Assembly: GCA_963800645.1 (NCBI GenBank)
Contig: CAWDBX010000011.1
Span: 139,503 to 203,502, forward strand
Reading direction: 5' to 3'
Source of the DNA: an uncultured Bacteroidales bacterium
Lineage (GTDB): Bacteria; Bacteroidota; Bacteroidia; Bacteroidales; UBA10428
Length of the DNA stretch: 64,000 bases
The notes beneath the pieces are model-generated. The model saw only the letters and a list, made by a program, of their open reading frames with translations, did not search any database and had not been told where the DNA came from. The translations under genes and the position numbers were made by a program. Numbering within the stretch: the first letter of the stretch is position 1; every line of letters begins with the position of its first letter. Shown piece by piece: positions 60,871 through 64,000 of this stretch.

Positions 60871-61992
60871 ATGCGGATAATTCTGTGTGTTACCAACGAC
60901 ATCGTTACCGACTGCAGGGTCAACCGCATCGCCTTATCACTTTTAAAATTGCCTGCAAGCGTACTTCTTATCGGAAGAGCATTCAGGCACAGCATGCCAC
61001 TGACTGTTAGTAAGTTCCGGGCCTGTCGTATAAAAATGATTTTTAAAAAAGGTCCCTGGTTTTATGTGGAATATAATGTGAAGTTGTTTTTAATGTTGCT
61101 TTTTCAAAAAGCTGACCTGCTGGTTGCCAATGATCTGGATACCTTGCCGGCTGTATTTCTTGCTTCAAAAATAAAACGCCTGCCGGTTGTATATGACAGT
61201 CATGAGTACTTTACGGAAGTGCCGGAACTTATCGGCCGTCGATGGGTGAAAAAATTTTGGGAAGGCATAGAGGCCTTTCTGCTTCCCCGCATAAGACACG
61301 CCTATACGGTGAGCGCATCCATTGCCCGGGATTACAGGCGAAAGTATGGAATTGACATGCAGGTGATCCGCAATCTGCCCTCCAGGGTGGAGAAGATCCT
61401 TCAGCCGCAGGTCGCATTGAAAAAACCAGGGGAGAATATTATTATTTATCAGGGTTCGCTGAATATGGGCCGTGGTCTTGAACTTGCCATCAGCGCCATG
61501 CAGTTTATGGAGAACACACGCCTCATCATTGCCGGAACCGGTGATGTTGAAGTGAATCTTTGGGAACTGACAAGGTCATTAAATCTTCAGGAAAAAGTCC
61601 ACTTTACCGGGAGAATTCCTCCGGAGGAACTGAGACAATATACCATCCAGGCCGATCTGGGAATCTCACTGGAAGAAAAGCTGGGATTGAATTACTACTA
61701 TGCGTTGCCCAACAAGCTTTTTGATTATATACAGGCCCGAATACCTGTTCTGGTATCCGATCTGCCTGAAATGGCGCAAATTGTTGCACACTACGGGATT
61801 GGAAAGGTAAATCATTCACATGATCCCTTTGAACTCGCCCTGGTATTTAAGGAAATGTTATCTGACACGGGGGAAAGACAGATCTGGCAATCCAACCTGG
61901 AGGCCGCATCCGGAGAGCTTTGTTGGGAAAACGAAGAAGGATTGCTGATTGATCTGTATCGCCGCGTAACCGTAAGCCGGCCGGCCCATTAA
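60871..61992 (+). CDS. GT4 family glycosyltransferase
   Basis: YDSHE, YQGSL..GRGLE, PNKLFDYI. Confidence 0.9.
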   Translation: MRIILCVTNDIVTDCRVNRIALSLLKLPASVLLIGRAFRHSMPLTVSKFRACRIKMIFKKGPWFYVEYNVKLFLMLLFQKADLLVANDLDTLPAVFLASKIKRLPVVYDSHEYFTEVPELIGRRWVKKFWEGIEAFLLPRIRHAYTVSASIARDYRRKYGIDMQVIRNLPSRVEKILQPQVALKKPGENIIIYQGSLNMGRGLELAISAMQFMENTRLIIAGTGDVEVNLWELTRSLNLQEKVHFTGRIPPEELRQYTIQADLGISLEEKLGLNYYYALPNKLFDYIQARIPVLVSDLPEMAQIVAHYGIGKVNHSHDPFELALVFKEMLSDTGERQIWQSNLEAASGELCWENEEGLLIDLYRRVTVSRPAH

Positions 61993-62068
61993 GTGACCCG
62001 CATCAGCAGAAGAAGGGTAGATATTAACACGGGAGGGGGATCAGGATGATCCTGTTGGGATTTTAAGG

Positions 62069-62638
62069 CTAGGCATATTTATTATATACTGAAATCTCCT
62101 CCAGCGTCTTTCTTCTCTTTTCCCTGATTTTTTCATTTGCCGGGTGGCCAAGAGTTATCATCAGTTCAGCACGCTTGTTCACGGGAATGCCCAGTAATTT
62201 TTTGACTTTTTTCTCATTAAACCATCCAATGATGCAGGTGCCAAGACCTTCCTCGACAGCCTGAAGACAAAGATGTTCAACCGCAATACCTATATCGATC
62301 AAAGGGTATTCCTTGTTTTTTATGATCTGTCCGATATTGGAAGTCAGATTGGCTTTTTCACGCACAACCACAATATGTACCGGTGCCTGTTTGGTAAAGT
62401 GATTCATGGGAATTAGCCTGTCCTGTGTAGCATCAGCCAAAGCATTTTTCAGAACAGGATCATCCACCACAATGAATTTCCAGGGTTGGGCGTTGCAGGC
62501 AGACGGTGCCAAACGAGCCGCTTCCAGGCATCTTTCAATGCTATCCCTTGAAACTTCTGTTGTATTATAGGCCCTGACACTTTCACGGTGTTTGACCAAT
62601 TCGATAAAATTGCTGAAGTTTTTCATAGGATCTGCCAT
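62069..62638 (-). CDS. Nitroreductase family protein
   Basis: RESVRAY, ARLAPSACNAQPW, GLGTCIIGWF. Confidence 0.92.
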   Translation of the reverse strand: MADPMKNFSNFIELVKHRESVRAYNTTEVSRDSIERCLEAARLAPSACNAQPWKFIVVDDPVLKNALADATQDRLIPMNHFTKQAPVHIVVVREKANLTSNIGQIIKNKEYPLIDIGIAVEHLCLQAVEEGLGTCIIGWFNEKKVKKLLGIPVNKRAELMITLGHPANEKIREKRRKTLEEISVYNKYA

Positions 62639-63438
62639 TACAGGTCTCGTTTTTTCAACAGCAGGTATATGCAATAAATGAATAAGAGGGTGTAAGCCAA
62701 AACAATGAGGACGTCCTTGAAGGCCACGTAATCCTGTACTTCGCGGAGTGCATACTTGCCAAATGGCATATGAATGATATTGTTGATCGATTTTATCGGG
62801 AGAAGTCCCTTTATCCAGTCGGTCTTTATTCTGAAGGCGATAATGGGCTCAATAATGATGGTATAGAGAAACATGAGGCCCATGGCCAGTCCTGTTCTTT
62901 TGATCAGTAATCCGATCAGCATGGCAAATATCAGGTAAGCGGAGAGCAAAATAAAATAGGCCGGAACGAAGCCTGAATATTTAATGATATCATGAAGCTG
63001 AGGTTCCGGTGTACTCAGGAATCCTATTATCAATCCCGTGAAAAACAGAAATAATGCGGATCCAAGGGACAGCAGCAAAACGAGAAATAATTTCGAAAGG
63101 ATGAGGTCAACACGACTCAGTCCGTTCATGATATTTTGCCGCAAGGTATCATAACTGATTTCACTGGTAATGGAAATAATGACGTATATGGCCAGGATAA
63201 ATTTGAGGTAACCAGCCACATAAGTTATGTTGTGCCAGATATCGGGGAATTGGTATAAGGGGATACTCGATGGATCGACAAGGTTACCTATTGTTTCGCC
63301 ATTGATTGACAAAGAATTAATAAATACCTTGCCACTCAATACCACGAGCAGGATGATGCCGATATGCAAACTAACCAATACCCAAAATGAAGCGTTTGAT
63401 TTTATCTTGATGAGTTCAATCCTGATTAACCGGTTCAT
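62638..63438 (-). CDS. ABC transporter permease
   Basis: Six-TM ABC-2-like, EISYDTLRQNIMNGLSR. Confidence 0.85.
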   Translation of the reverse strand: MNRLIRIELIKIKSNASFWVLVSLHIGIILLVVLSGKVFINSLSINGETIGNLVDPSSIPLYQFPDIWHNITYVAGYLKFILAIYVIISITSEISYDTLRQNIMNGLSRVDLILSKLFLVLLLSLGSALFLFFTGLIIGFLSTPEPQLHDIIKYSGFVPAYFILLSAYLIFAMLIGLLIKRTGLAMGLMFLYTIIIEPIIAFRIKTDWIKGLLPIKSINNIIHMPFGKYALREVQDYVAFKDVLIVLAYTLLFIYCIYLLLKKRDL

Positions 63439-64000
63439 GCTTTTTCATTTAGTATTTCAAGAAACTGGCTTTCCAGCGATTTTTTCAGGGCCACCAGGTG
63501 TGTGATTACAAAGCCATGTTCGAAAACAAAGCGACTGAGATCACCAATGCTTATATTGCCTGACAGGGTGATTAACAATACTTCACCGGCTGATTCGAGT
63601 TTTCGGATTCCGGGGAAGGTTTTTAGCAAAGCAAGTAGTTCTTGGTTGTTACCGGCAGAGATTTCCATCTGCAGTTCTTCACTTCCGGTTTCATTTACCA
63701 GTCCCGTATACATAAGCCTGCCCTTATCCAGTACGGCAAAATGAGAACATACTTTCTGTACTTCATCCAATAAATGGCTTGCCAGGATAATGGTCTTGCC
63801 CTGTCGGGCAATGGTGCGGATCAGCTCCCTGATCTCTGCAATTCCGCGCGGATCAAGACCATTGGTAGGTTCATCCAGAATCATGACGAGCGGATCGCAT
63901 AAAAGGGCTGATGCCAGTGCCAGACGCTGCTTCATCCCTAACGAATAGGTCCTGAACGCCGAGAAACGCCGGTCATATAGTCCTGTTATCTTCAGAACTT
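63435..64000 (-). CDS. ABC transporter ATP-binding protein (5' end outside the window)
   Basis: SLGMKQRL, ILDEPTNGLDP, ASHLL. Confidence 0.92.
   Translation of the reverse strand, partial: VLKITGLYDRRFSAFRTYSLGMKQRLALASALLCDPLVMILDEPTNGLDPRGIAEIRELIRTIARQGKTIILASHLLDEVQKVCSHFAVLDKGRLMYTGLVNETGSEELQMEISAGNNQELLALLKTFPGIRKLESAGEVLLITLSGNISIGDLSRFVFEHGFVITHLVALKKSLESQFLEILNEKA

Overview
This is a chromosomal window from a Bacteroidota (probably anaerobic Bacteroidales-like) genome, judged from gene content and repeated TAnnTTTG promoter boxes. The flanks hold ordinary housekeeping and metabolic genes: fba, recA, bcp, rsmG, tgt, LptF/G, acyl-CoA carboxylase, ispE, dnaB, GH2, GH92, a redox cluster, a heavy-metal RND pump and murB. 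Many of them, including essential ones, are split by single-base indels, which looks like long-read assembly error rather than real pseudogenisation. The notable part is ~22.7-38.5 kb, around tRNA-Pro(UGG) and tRNA-Ser(GCU). (1) An AT-rich run of mostly co-oriented, unrelated small genes (DJ-1/PfpI, DUF1801, DUF2200, a voltage-gated Na channel, DedA, a class D beta-lactamase, an oxidoreductase, methyltransferases) is separated by a family of ~100-300 bp imperfect hairpins bounded by ...AAC/GTT... Three genes have mutually complementary cassette ends, the signature of integron-type cassettes, but no integrase is present in the window. (2) A GIY-YIG nuclease gene is split precisely by a 918-bp inverted-repeat-bounded non-coding element. 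(3) Three tandem tRNA-Pro 5'-half copies have the D-arm replaced by a palindrome. (4) 15-22 nt CC(T/C)GCC..GGC(A/G)GG micro-palindromes appear inserted without target duplication into other hairpins. Elsewhere there is a His/Cys-rich RAPP-terminated leader ahead of the metal efflux operon, a catalytic-less IS1595-type zinc-ribbon protein, and a methyltransferase/D-Ala-D-Ala-ligase-like fusion next to a deoxyhypusine synthase-like gene. All calls are by eye; no database searches were run.
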